From Bdellovibrionota bacterium FG-1 (GTDB taxonomy: Bacteria > Bdellovibrionota > UBA1018), in the NCBI GenBank assembly GCA_051382295.1, contig JBBCAW010000038.1, positions 1-64,000 of the forward strand: a stretch of DNA of 64,000 nt, written 5' to 3'. A program made the position numbers and the translations under genes. How positions within the stretch are numbered: the first letter of the stretch is position 1; every line of letters starts with the position of its first letter. Positions 55,027-63,753 of the stretch are shown here, in pieces. The notes beneath the pieces are model-generated. The model was not told the origin of the DNA, did no database searches, and worked only from the letters and a program-made list of their open reading frames with translations.

Positions 55027-56144
55027 TTCGGATTCTTCACACCGCGGACTGGCAAATGGGACTTCGTGCAAGCCACGTGGCACGGGTGAGTGATCGGGTT
55101 CGACAAGCGAGACTCAATGCGGCTCAGAAGGTGGTAAAAAAGGCGAACGATGAACGCGTGGATGCTTTGATTTTAGCGGGAGATATCTTTGAGGATAATC
55201 ATGTTGAAAACGGTCTAGTCTACGATACCGTGCGAATCCTTTCAACCTCGCAAGTCCCCGTGTATGTTCTTCCAGGAAATCATGATCCGCTATCGCAAGA
55301 CTCGGTTTATCGACGAAACGCTTGGCGAGAAAAACCAGCCCACGTTCATTTGCTAGAAACCCATGATTTCGTTGAAATTGCGGGTGGCCAAGCGCTCCTG
55401 TTGCCCGCGCCGCTCACGCTCAAAAAGTCTGAACTGGATCCGCTTCAATCTTTACAACTGCCCGAAAATGGCGCTTCCGGAATCTGGATTGGCGTCGCTC
55501 ATGGTTCACTGAAAATCGAAGGTAAGTACGGACGCGATGATTTTCCGATCGCTTTGGACTCGGCTGAACGATTGGGTCTGAGCTATCTTGCTCTGGGCCA
55601 TTGGCATGGCCGTTATATTCATGGCGATCGTACCGCCTATTCTGGGACTTTTGAAACCACCAAATTTGGCGAAAGCAACTCAGGACTAGCGTTGATGGTT
55701 GAGATCACCGCTGGCGCCCCTCGAATTACCGAGTTTCGCAGTGGTGATTTAATTTGGTTGTCCCATGAGCTGAATCTAGGACATTTGGAAAAAGTGACCG
55801 AACTCGAAGTCGCGCGACTTCGCCAAGAGTTGATTTATTATACTGAAGTTCGACAATCTGTGCTTTTACGCGTGAGGACCACGGGTGAGTGTACACCCGA
55901 CAGTCAGATTTTACTCCGACGTCTCGAAGAGGAATGGAACTCCCAGTTTTTATACTTCGAGTTGGAACGAAAAGATCTGTCATCCAACGAAATTCAAGGT
56001 CGAATTCAAGAAGTTGCGTCTAAAAACCCCTTCATCGCAAGCTTACTAGAAAGTCTCTGGAACCCTTCGTCTTCGATGACTCAAGAGACAGAACAGCTCG
56101 AAGCCGCGCGACGAATGCTGACGGAGCTTTTGGTTGAACCATGA
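55023..56144 (+). CDS. SbcD/Mre11-family (YhaO-like) DNA repair exonuclease
   Basis: LHTADWQ, AGDIFE, PGNHD, AHGS and LGHWH. Confidence 0.88.
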   Translation: MIRILHTADWQMGLRASHVARVSDRVRQARLNAAQKVVKKANDERVDALILAGDIFEDNHVENGLVYDTVRILSTSQVPVYVLPGNHDPLSQDSVYRRNAWREKPAHVHLLETHDFVEIAGGQALLLPAPLTLKKSELDPLQSLQLPENGASGIWIGVAHGSLKIEGKYGRDDFPIALDSAERLGLSYLALGHWHGRYIHGDRTAYSGTFETTKFGESNSGLALMVEITAGAPRITEFRSGDLIWLSHELNLGHLEKVTELEVARLRQELIYYTEVRQSVLLRVRTTGECTPDSQILLRRLEEEWNSQFLYFELERKDLSSNEIQGRIQEVASKNPFIASLLESLWNPSSSMTQETEQLEAARRMLTELLVEP

Positions 56145-58675
56145 TTTTAAAGAGGCTTGAAATCGAAGGCTACAAGGTTTTACGCAATCGAGTGGAACTC
56201 AAAAACCTCGGCTTGGGAGTTTACCTCATTCACGGGCCCAATGAGACGGGCAAATCAACCTTAATTTCGGCGCTTTCGCGCGCTTTTTTTGATCGTTATA
56301 ATACTCAGGATCAGCAAATCAAAGACCTCCGACCTTGGGGGACCGATCTTGCGCCGCAGATTACGGTAGAGTTTGAGACGTTTGGCAAGGTGTATCGACT
56401 TGAAAAAAGATTTTTAGACCAACAAACAAGTGCTCTTTCCGAATGGAATGGGTCACGTTTTGAGCGAATCGCTGATTCGGTCAAAGCCGATGATCGTGTG
56501 CGCTCATTTTGGCTGGGCTCGGTCTCGCGAAGTGGCGCTTCGAATCTGAGTAATTGGGGATTAGCCCGGCTTTTGTGGATGCCACAGGTTTTGACTGAAC
56601 GGGCGCTGCCCGATTTGGATGAGACACTCAGGCAACATATTCTAGGAATTCTAGGATCAGGGGTTTTGAATGATGAAGAGCAACGACTCATCAAAAAAAT
56701 CGATCAAGCCTATGAAGCTTTTTACACGGTAGCCAAAGCCGGCGAAAAAAAGGGCGGCCCGCTTGCCGAGGCTCGAGACCGCTTGACCCGCGCCGAGCAG
56801 GATTTCGCGCTGTGGAAGGGAAAATGGGACGAGGTTTCAGGATGGAATGAGCTTGCGGCCCAGGCCATGAGTCGGTTGGAGACTTTTGAAAAACGGCGAA
56901 AGCAGTTGGATGGCGAACTCGCGGACCTGAATCATCGTTCCCGCGAGGAAATTGAACTTGAGAACTTGTTGAAGGTAAAAGAGCAGCAAAAACTTCTATC
57001 TCAAGCTCGTACGCAGTCCTTGACCCAAACGACTTTGGAGTTGGGGAATTTTGCACGTCAATTCCAGCTCAGTACCGAAAAACAAAATGAACTTTTGCCT
57101 CAAATTCAGGCGCAGGAGCGAGAACTCGCGGTATTAGAAATTCTACAAGAGAGACAGGGTTTGGCCTTGTTGGTGGAAAATCTCACTAAAATTGAAACCG
57201 ACCTACTGGCCAAGCGCGAAGAACATGCCCGACGAAAACGCCCGAGAGAACAAGATTTTCAAGAGGCGCGGTCGCTGGCTCTCGGTGTTCAACGACTGCG
57301 GGAGCGTATGGCCGGTATGGGCTTTGAGTTGCGGTTTTTGCCCGATCTGGCGCCGCTGACAGTGGAGTGGCAAACGTCCGAAAAAACTCAAAAAGAACAA
57401 GTTCCGCATGAAGGCAGGGTGTTTCAAAGTCTCGATTCAGGGGAATTGAGGATTCCCTCCGTAGGCCGGATCTTGGTCCAAAGCCGGGCTAAGGGGACCC
57501 AGAGCGAAACTGAAACCCAGCTTCTGAGGGTTCAGCTGGCAAATGATGAGATGCAATTGACGTCCAAGTTGGCTCGCTTTGAGGTCCAGAGTATCGAAGA
57601 ACTTCAGGACCTTCGCATGGCAACGGTCGAAATTGAGACCTCCGGCCAAGCACTCAGAGCCGCATTGAATGCGGCTTTGCAATCGAGGTTTGCGTCCACC
57701 CAGGCCGCACGGAGCGAACTTGCGCGTCTGGATGCGGTGATTGAGGGAAGACTGAACGACGAGTCCAAAGACGTTGGCGTGCGCATTCAGGTGCTTCGCA
57801 AGCGATTGGCTGAATCTCGCGCACAGTTCGAGGGGGCCAAGCAAAAGGCTGAGCTTTTGCAATCTCAGCTTCAAGCAAAGCAGGTAGATTTTGGATCCCG
57901 TCAAGACCTTGAAAAAGAACTAGGTACTTGGGTGCTTTCAAAGAATTCATTAGAACAGGAATGCGCGGCGCTGGCATCACGATTACCACCTCCCCAGCAA
58001 AGGGCTTCGGTGCTTTTCACCTTGCTTTCGCGGCAACGTGCGGACGCGCTCCAAAAAGAGGAGGCCGCGCGGAAGGAATTTAACCAGACCTCGGCACTTT
58101 TGGATCACGCTCAAGCAGAGGGATATTACTCAAAGTTTGTCACGGCCGAAGAGCAGCGTGCGCTCGCGGAAGATCATTTGAAGCACCAAATATCAGAGGC
58201 GCAGGGCATAAAACTTTTAAGAACACTGGTTCATAGCAAGCGAGATCAGATGAATGGAGACTTGCTGCGGCCCGTAGAAAAAGAGCTTTTAGAGATCTTT
58301 GAACGAATTCGTGGCCAAGAAGGGGTTGTTTCACTGGATCTTGCTTTGGATTCAGATTTGCGCACTCTCAAAGCTCGTGGGAGTTCATCAGCGTTTGATG
58401 TGCTTTCGTTGGGGACGCAGGAACAATTGCTCATGTCCTTTAGGCTCGCATTTGCCAAGCTCCTCAGGCACGAAGCTCAGTTGGTTATTTTAGATGATCC
58501 TTTGGTCAATGCCGATCTCGGCAGGCAGCAACGGGCTCTTAAGGTCATAAAAGACGCATCCAAAAATCTCCAGATCTTGATCTTGACCGCCAGGCCCCAG
58601 GACTACCGAAGTATTGCTACCTATGAATATGACTTAGCTGGGATTTGCCGATCAGATGCAAAACAGATCATTTAG
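56141..58675 (+). CDS. SbcC/Rad50-like (YhaN-like) coiled-coil ABC ATPase
   Basis: GPNETGKST Walker A, long coiled coil, LSLGTQEQ signature and VILDDPLV Walker B. Confidence 0.85.
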   Translation: MILKRLEIEGYKVLRNRVELKNLGLGVYLIHGPNETGKSTLISALSRAFFDRYNTQDQQIKDLRPWGTDLAPQITVEFETFGKVYRLEKRFLDQQTSALSEWNGSRFERIADSVKADDRVRSFWLGSVSRSGASNLSNWGLARLLWMPQVLTERALPDLDETLRQHILGILGSGVLNDEEQRLIKKIDQAYEAFYTVAKAGEKKGGPLAEARDRLTRAEQDFALWKGKWDEVSGWNELAAQAMSRLETFEKRRKQLDGELADLNHRSREEIELENLLKVKEQQKLLSQARTQSLTQTTLELGNFARQFQLSTEKQNELLPQIQAQERELAVLEILQERQGLALLVENLTKIETDLLAKREEHARRKRPREQDFQEARSLALGVQRLRERMAGMGFELRFLPDLAPLTVEWQTSEKTQKEQVPHEGRVFQSLDSGELRIPSVGRILVQSRAKGTQSETETQLLRVQLANDEMQLTSKLARFEVQSIEELQDLRMATVEIETSGQALRAALNAALQSRFASTQAARSELARLDAVIEGRLNDESKDVGVRIQVLRKRLAESRAQFEGAKQKAELLQSQLQAKQVDFGSRQDLEKELGTWVLSKNSLEQECAALASRLPPPQQRASVLFTLLSRQRADALQKEEAARKEFNQTSALLDHAQAEGYYSKFVTAEEQRALAEDHLKHQISEAQGIKLLRTLVHSKRDQMNGDLLRPVEKELLEIFERIRGQEGVVSLDLALDSDLRTLKARGSSSAFDVLSLGTQEQLLMSFRLAFAKLLRHEAQLVILDDPLVNADLGRQQRALKVIKDASKNLQILILTARPQDYRSIATYEYDLAGICRSDAKQII

Positions 58676-58690
58676 GAGTAGAATTGAATC

Positions 58691-58900
58691 ATGCAGATTC
58701 AGGTTCTTTGCCCCCAATGTAATGCTCCCTGTGCCAATGATGTGGACGTTCAGGAGAACCCGGGCAATGCGCCTTTGCCTAGCTTCAAGGTTAATTTGAA
58801 GTGCGATCAATGTGGGGTGCTGCATCCGTTTCGATTGCAACAAATGGGGACGATGATTTTCGCCGTTTATGATCGGCCCAAGGGCCCCGCCGGGTGTTAA
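58691..58900 (+). CDS. Small zinc-ribbon protein
   Basis: 69 aa, CPQC and CDQC, AGGAG RBS. Confidence 0.65.
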   Translation: MQIQVLCPQCNAPCANDVDVQENPGNAPLPSFKVNLKCDQCGVLHPFRLQQMGTMIFAVYDRPKGPAGC

Positions 58901-58933
58901 TCCAGGGTCTGATAATGTATATTATGTTAACTG

Positions 58934-59034
58934 GGCTTGTGAGGAGTTGTTTCACGAAAGCAAACTTCCTGTTTTTACACAACTTCCGCCATCCATGGCT
59001 GTTGTGATTTTCGTGAAACAACTCCTCACAAGCC
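58934..59034. repeat. 101-bp palindromic REP/MITE-like element
   Basis: Perfect 26-bp inverted repeats GGCTTGTGAGGAGTTGTTTCACGAAA (58934-58959 / 59009-59034) enclosing CACAAC...GCCATCCATGGC.GTTGTG. Confidence 0.8.
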
Positions 59035-59071
59035 TCGTCCATGCGAAGGCAAAAAACCCAATAGAACCAGG

Positions 59072-59117
59072 ATCCGGAGTTTATGCTATCCGGAGTTTAT
59101 GCTATCCGGAGTTTATG
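59072..59117. repeat. Short tandem repeat, 16-bp unit, about 2.9 copies
   Basis: ATCCGGAGTTTATGCT x2 plus ATCCGGAGTTTATG. Confidence 0.9.
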
Positions 59118-59123
59118 ATTCCA

Positions 59124-59942
59124 TTAAAGTCGGCGATTTTGAAGTGCCGGTAATTCCTTGCGAATTCTTTTTAGCTCCTCAAAATCAAGTTCAGCCATAA
59201 CCACTCCAGGACCCGCATTTTGTTCGGCAATAATACGCCCCCAAGGGTCGATGATTCTTGTATGTCCATGGGTCATTCGGCCGGAATGAGGCTGACCGGT
59301 TTGGGCGGGCGCGACGACAAAAACTTGGTTTTCGATGGCGCGCGCTCGAGTCAAGACATCCCAATGGGCTTTGCCGGTAACGGCCGTAAAGGCCGAAGGT
59401 ATAAAGACGACCTGGGCCTCGTTTTCAACAAGCGTTCGATAAAGCTCCGGAAATCTCAGGTCGTAACAAATCGAAAGTCCAACGCGCCCCCAAGGGGTTT
59501 CGGCGACGACTGGCGTCTTACCTGGCACGGTAGTGTCGGATTCTCGATAAACGCGGTCCGCCGAAAGTGCGACATCAAATAAGTGGATCTTGTCGTAACG
59601 AGCGACAATTTCGCCATCACTCGAAACTAAAAGGCTGGTATTGGTGATGCGCTCCCTACCCTTGGCTTTGCCTGATTTCTTACTTTTGAGTGAAATACTG
59701 CCACCCAAAATCCAAAGATCAAACTCCGCTGCCCATTCCTGGAGGGTTTCGACAGTCGGGCCCTTGAGGGTTTCTGCTTGCTCGAATACTTGGGCGACAT
59801 CATCCGTGAGCAGACTGAAGTTTTCAGGGAAAGCGACCATTTCAGCCCCTCGGTCCAGGGCTTGGAGCATGAGTTCGCGGGCAACGGCTAAGTTGGCGGA
59901 TTTATCGGGGGTTGAGGTCATTTGAATGGCAGCGATTTTCAT
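59124..59942 (-). CDS. Carbon-nitrogen hydrolase (Nit1/YbeM-like amidase)
   Basis: FPEN (Glu), YDKIHLFD (Lys), ICYDLRFPE (Cys) and RARAIENQ. Confidence 0.92.
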   Translation of the reverse strand: MKIAAIQMTSTPDKSANLAVARELMLQALDRGAEMVAFPENFSLLTDDVAQVFEQAETLKGPTVETLQEWAAEFDLWILGGSISLKSKKSGKAKGRERITNTSLLVSSDGEIVARYDKIHLFDVALSADRVYRESDTTVPGKTPVVAETPWGRVGLSICYDLRFPELYRTLVENEAQVVFIPSAFTAVTGKAHWDVLTRARAIENQVFVVAPAQTGQPHSGRMTHGHTRIIDPWGRIIAEQNAGPGVVMAELDFEELKRIRKELPALQNRRL

Positions 59943-59980
59943 CAAGCGGGTCCCTTTGCGTAGATTTTCTGTATGCTAGC

Positions 59981-60316
59981 TTATAACGAAAAAGTTTTTT
60001 TGAAGGCTTCGATCACTTTGGTTGAGTCGTTTGAACCCAAATGGCCCACGCGCTCAAGTAGAAGTCCATTATCCAAAGTGAACGCTTTTATTCTGATGAC
60101 ACAATCTTTATTCAGGCCGGCTTCGGCAAGACTAGAAACTGGAACATCGCAAAGCCACTGACTCTTAAGAGCGCTCGTAATCATAAAAAGGATGCTGCTT
60201 TCATTGGCTTTATTAAAACTCTTGCTTGAAACGACTACTGCTTTTCTTTTTTTCAACTTGGGCAAATCACTAAATGGAAAAGGGACAACGACTACGTCAA
60301 ACTGCTCACAAATCAT
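59981..60316 (-). CDS. PemK/MazF-family toxin
   Basis: FDVVVVPFPFSD...K.RKAVVVS, MITS and GL...CVIR.K. Confidence 0.88.
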   Translation of the reverse strand: MICEQFDVVVVPFPFSDLPKLKKRKAVVVSSKSFNKANESSILFMITSALKSQWLCDVPVSSLAEAGLNKDCVIRIKAFTLDNGLLLERVGHLGSNDSTKVIEAFKKTFSL

Positions 60317-60527
60317 CGTCTTCGGTTCCTTTCCATTCAGATAACGTAGATTCGATCGCGCGGGACCATTCCATATCCACTTTTTCGAGTTTCCGAATGC
60401 GGACTACATTTTCTGACTCAACCTCATAAAAGAGCAAATCGCCCTCATGAAGTGCCAGCGACTTTCTAATCTCAGACGGTATGGTGGTTTGCCCTTTGGC
60501 AGTAAGGCGGCTAGTGAGGGGTTTCAT
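60306..60527 (-). CDS. AbrB/MazE/SpoVT-family antitoxin
   Basis: SRLTAKGQTTIPSEIRKSL.L.EGD.L and acidic EW...EDDDL tail; overlaps the toxin start. Confidence 0.88.
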   Translation of the reverse strand: MKPLTSRLTAKGQTTIPSEIRKSLALHEGDLLFYEVESENVVRIRKLEKVDMEWSRAIESTLSEWKGTEDDDL

Positions 60528-60538
60528 AAATCCTTACC

Positions 60539-60579
60539 TCCTTACATGTAAGGATAAGCTACCGAACTTCTAGGGTCAA
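60539..60579 (-). promoter_or_regulatory. TA operon sigma-70 promoter with palindromic operator
   Basis: Minus strand TTGACC-17 nt-TATCCT overlapping the perfect 16-bp palindrome TCCTTACATGTAAGGA (60539-60554). Confidence 0.7.
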
Positions 60580-60644
60580 CATTAACGCACCATTACTTGC
60601 GGCGCCGCAACCGACTTGTTTGATTTTACTGGTTTTATTATAAG

Positions 60645-60674
60645 TTGACTAAATTAGTACATTTATCTCATAAT
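60645..60674 (+). promoter_or_regulatory. Candidate sigma-70 promoter
   Basis: TTGACT-18 nt-CATAAT upstream of ATG 60725. Confidence 0.45.
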
Positions 60675-60724
60675 CAATAATATCACCCGTGTGAGGTGGG
60701 CGTGTTCGTTTTGTGGGGTGTCAG

Positions 60725-62023
60725 ATGGTCAAAGACCTCTTTTTCAAACTCAGTCTCAATCTGATCCTGGTGATTTCGGCCGGGTTTTTGGGATCTTTGT
60801 CTGCTCGGGCGGCTGAGCCCAGTTCTGCGATCCAAGACCCCTCCTCGCCTCAGGTTCAGGTGTCTACGGCAGGTGGGGTCACTGGTGGATCAGTGGCCAA
60901 GAACCCGTGGTATGACCCCAACGATCCCATGTGCAAACAGGGCTGCACTTATGACAAGGCGAATGAAGGTCTCCTGCTTTTGGCCAAATATACGGCGACT
61001 AAATACGAGGATGTCAAACAGGCCATGAACAGCGCCAACCCGAATCAAAAAGATGAAGCACTCAAGGCCATGGGCGATTTTTGCAGAAATACCACGGACC
61101 CCACGAACTGTTGGCCTCGCTACTCGCGTTACACTTTACTGTATTTGAACCAAATTCGCCTCAGGGTCACTGAAAACGAAACAGCCCATGCTCAGCTTAA
61201 CAGTAAAAGAGTTGAAAAAGGTCCCGGCGCAAAAACCTGGGGTGATGACATCCCAGAAATCGAAACAAAAAAGCCAGAGGGGTATTCTCCCAAGCCAAAA
61301 CTCCCTAATTTCCCCACCTACAATGAGCTGATCGTTATTCGCAAAGAACAGATCAAAACGCAAAATAGAATGAGCGCCGGGATTACACCTCAGTTTGCAG
61401 AATGGCTTAAAAGCTATCCCACAAGCCCGAGTGAAGATGATTTTGTTCGCACAAAAGAGATTTTGCGAGATCCCGGCAGGCCTGAAGCGGGAACGTTCAC
61501 TGTGGTGATGACTGGCCCTGATGGAAAAATAGTTCGGGACAAAGCGAAATTTGCTTTAGCCAAGAAAGCCTACGATGAGGAAGCAAAACGTTTTAATTTA
61601 GAAGATGGCGAAAAATTACTGACGGATGACAGAGATAAGATGGCCCAATCCTTCAAAACAGTTCCGCCCAAACTGAAGCCAGCGGATCCAATCAACCTCG
61701 ACAGCATTAGTAAAACGAGTTTTATCGAAAATCGTTTTGAGCTCGTGGATGAAATAAATAGTGACACTAACGTTAAAAACAAGGGCAAAGGCAAGGCCCT
61801 AAAAAATGCGTCATCAGGATCCAACCGTGTCCCGACCAGCCAGAGCGTTCAACATACAGGAAATGAACTCATCATTCCGCCAAAACAGCAAAACCCCAAT
61901 GAGACGATCGATCGGTCGTCATCCCTCGATAACGCCGATGCTGAAGGCTATATCATCAGAGCAATGCGCGAGGACGTAGGAGGGGAGCCCTCTCAGCCAG
62001 TCATCCCACCCGACGACCACTAA
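60725..62023 (+). CDS. Hypothetical secreted protein
   Basis: Signal peptide (ARA|A), four Cys in the N-terminal third, Lys/Asp/Pro-rich; no recognised family. Confidence 0.65.
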   Translation: MVKDLFFKLSLNLILVISAGFLGSLSARAAEPSSAIQDPSSPQVQVSTAGGVTGGSVAKNPWYDPNDPMCKQGCTYDKANEGLLLLAKYTATKYEDVKQAMNSANPNQKDEALKAMGDFCRNTTDPTNCWPRYSRYTLLYLNQIRLRVTENETAHAQLNSKRVEKGPGAKTWGDDIPEIETKKPEGYSPKPKLPNFPTYNELIVIRKEQIKTQNRMSAGITPQFAEWLKSYPTSPSEDDFVRTKEILRDPGRPEAGTFTVVMTGPDGKIVRDKAKFALAKKAYDEEAKRFNLEDGEKLLTDDRDKMAQSFKTVPPKLKPADPINLDSISKTSFIENRFELVDEINSDTNVKNKGKGKALKNASSGSNRVPTSQSVQHTGNELIIPPKQQNPNETIDRSSSLDNADAEGYIIRAMREDVGGEPSQPVIPPDDH

Positions 62024-62031
62024 TCTCTCCC

Positions 62032-63753
62032 CTACTCTTTCAACTCCATCATCAAGTTTGCCATCCCGAGCAGTTCTCGGGTAGGTCCTGAACCGTCATA
62101 AACGAGGCCATTAAAACGGCCCTCAAAGTCAGCTTCTCCAGGGACTTGAGCGCGAATGGAGTAGAGCTGACCCAAGCTGGTATACCCTTCTAAAGCGACA
62201 CTAAAAGAGCCCCCTGCGCGTTTGCGAAATTGAATGTAGCGGTTCTTAGTGGTTTTGGAATTGACCCCGACTTCCATCAAGATGCAGCCGTGGCTGCCCA
62301 GCATTTTCGCAAAGTCCCCTTCAGTATGGGTATTCGAAAGTGCGGCAAAACTTCGATCCGCAGTGGGGATTTGAAGCTCCCCTATCTCAGCTAGTACATG
62401 AATTTTAGCAGGACAGGTCTCGCTTTCGACTTCGCGAACCAAGCCCGTTGGAACTTGACCGACGACAGCGGTTTTGCTCGCCGATCGAATCCAGTCGTTG
62501 TCAAAAAGGGTGGTGTAGTGTCGATTGACGTCCGCGCTCGAAATCACAACAGCGGCTTCGCGGTTATGATTGACCGAATTTTCATTCCAGTTAATCGAGC
62601 TGATGAGGGTACGCGCCCCATCGACTAATGCGCCCTTATTATGAATATAAGACACGCCCATCTGTCGGATATTTGCGATTCGAGCGCTCAAGTCGAGTTT
62701 TTCGCTTCGCGCCACTGAGGTCAAAAAGCTTACCGTGGTGTCATTACCGTGTTTTCCGGGATGATCGGGGTGGTCAAAAACGGTGTCATCATTCAGAAGA
62801 ACTCGGACTTTGACGCCCCTTCTTGCTGCCACGACCACGGCATCTAAAAGAGGTGACTGACCACCGTCTTTTCCCCAGTCTGAAGCGAAAGTCATTTGCT
62901 GAATGTCCAGCGATTGCTTAGCACCATTAATCAGAGCCAAAAGCCCAGATAAACTTGAATCCGGTGAAGTCACCCGAGTGACGGTCTGAGCCTCTAAAGT
63001 GATGGGTTGATCCCAAGGGGCAAAGGGCGGCTCGAACGAGGCAAGAGCGATCCAATTCTCGCTATTCTGTACACTTGAGTCCCAAAGTCCATCCCAACTG
63101 CTTGGATCTACTTGACCCAAAGGACGGTCCTGGGTGAGGTCTAAGAGATCACCTGCATCCATACGTGCGTCATTTCGAAAGATCATCTGATAATCTTGGG
63201 CAATCTTTGCATCGTGAATGAAGACTTCCCAGCCGCGATTTCCTTGGGTGCCGGGTTCAGGGTTTCCGGTCGGTGAATAATTTTCAGACCCGATCAGCAG
63301 ATGAGCTCCGTCGATCACAGCGTATTTGCCATGATCGTAGCGAAAACGACGTTTTCCACGCGCATGCGAAGTCATCTCATAGAAATGGTCATTCGTGCTG
63401 GCTGCGCGCATGGCTTGAGCAAGTTGAGACTGGATGCCGCGGCCTGCCGCAGAGACGCCTCCGACGGGCTGCCCCTCTTCAATGATCTCAACGTGAACAC
63501 CTGCCCGAATTCGCTCCAAAAGGGCATCAGCGACGTCTGAGGAGCTCAGTTCGTAAATATTCAAGAGGAGATCGTGCTGCGCGCCTCGAATGGCCGAAAC
63601 GGTAAGAGATAAAGTGGTGGTGGGAGCCTCAGAAACCTCGAGCTGAAAAGCTCGAGCGGGGCATGTAGAAAAGAAGCCGGCGAAGAGCACCATGCTCAAG
63701 GCACAGTTTTTTACGGCAGAGCATGATCTGCTCTGGTTACCTTGATTACCCAT
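62032..63753 (-). CDS. Secreted phospholipase D-superfamily protein with extra C-terminal domain
   Basis: Signal peptide (ARA|F); two HKD motifs HGKYAVID...GSEN and HNKGALVD...SSIN. Confidence 0.88.
   Translation of the reverse strand: MGNQGNQSRSCSAVKNCALSMVLFAGFFSTCPARAFQLEVSEAPTTTLSLTVSAIRGAQHDLLLNIYELSSSDVADALLERIRAGVHVEIIEEGQPVGGVSAAGRGIQSQLAQAMRAASTNDHFYEMTSHARGKRRFRYDHGKYAVIDGAHLLIGSENYSPTGNPEPGTQGNRGWEVFIHDAKIAQDYQMIFRNDARMDAGDLLDLTQDRPLGQVDPSSWDGLWDSSVQNSENWIALASFEPPFAPWDQPITLEAQTVTRVTSPDSSLSGLLALINGAKQSLDIQQMTFASDWGKDGGQSPLLDAVVVAARRGVKVRVLLNDDTVFDHPDHPGKHGNDTTVSFLTSVARSEKLDLSARIANIRQMGVSYIHNKGALVDGARTLISSINWNENSVNHNREAAVVISSADVNRHYTTLFDNDWIRSASKTAVVGQVPTGLVREVESETCPAKIHVLAEIGELQIPTADRSFAALSNTHTEGDFAKMLGSHGCILMEVGVNSKTTKNRYIQFRKRAGGSFSVALEGYTSLGQLYSIRAQVPGEADFEGRFNGLVYDGSGPTRELLGMANLMMELKE

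Noticed and set aside
59072..59117. Possible mini-CRISPR array
   Set aside because: The 16-bp units are contiguous with no spacers, and there are no cas genes.
58869..59153. ORF 58869-59153 (+) and ORF 58791-59042 (-)
   Set aside because: Both run through the palindrome and mirror each other (ACEELFHE in both); they are by-products of the inverted repeat.
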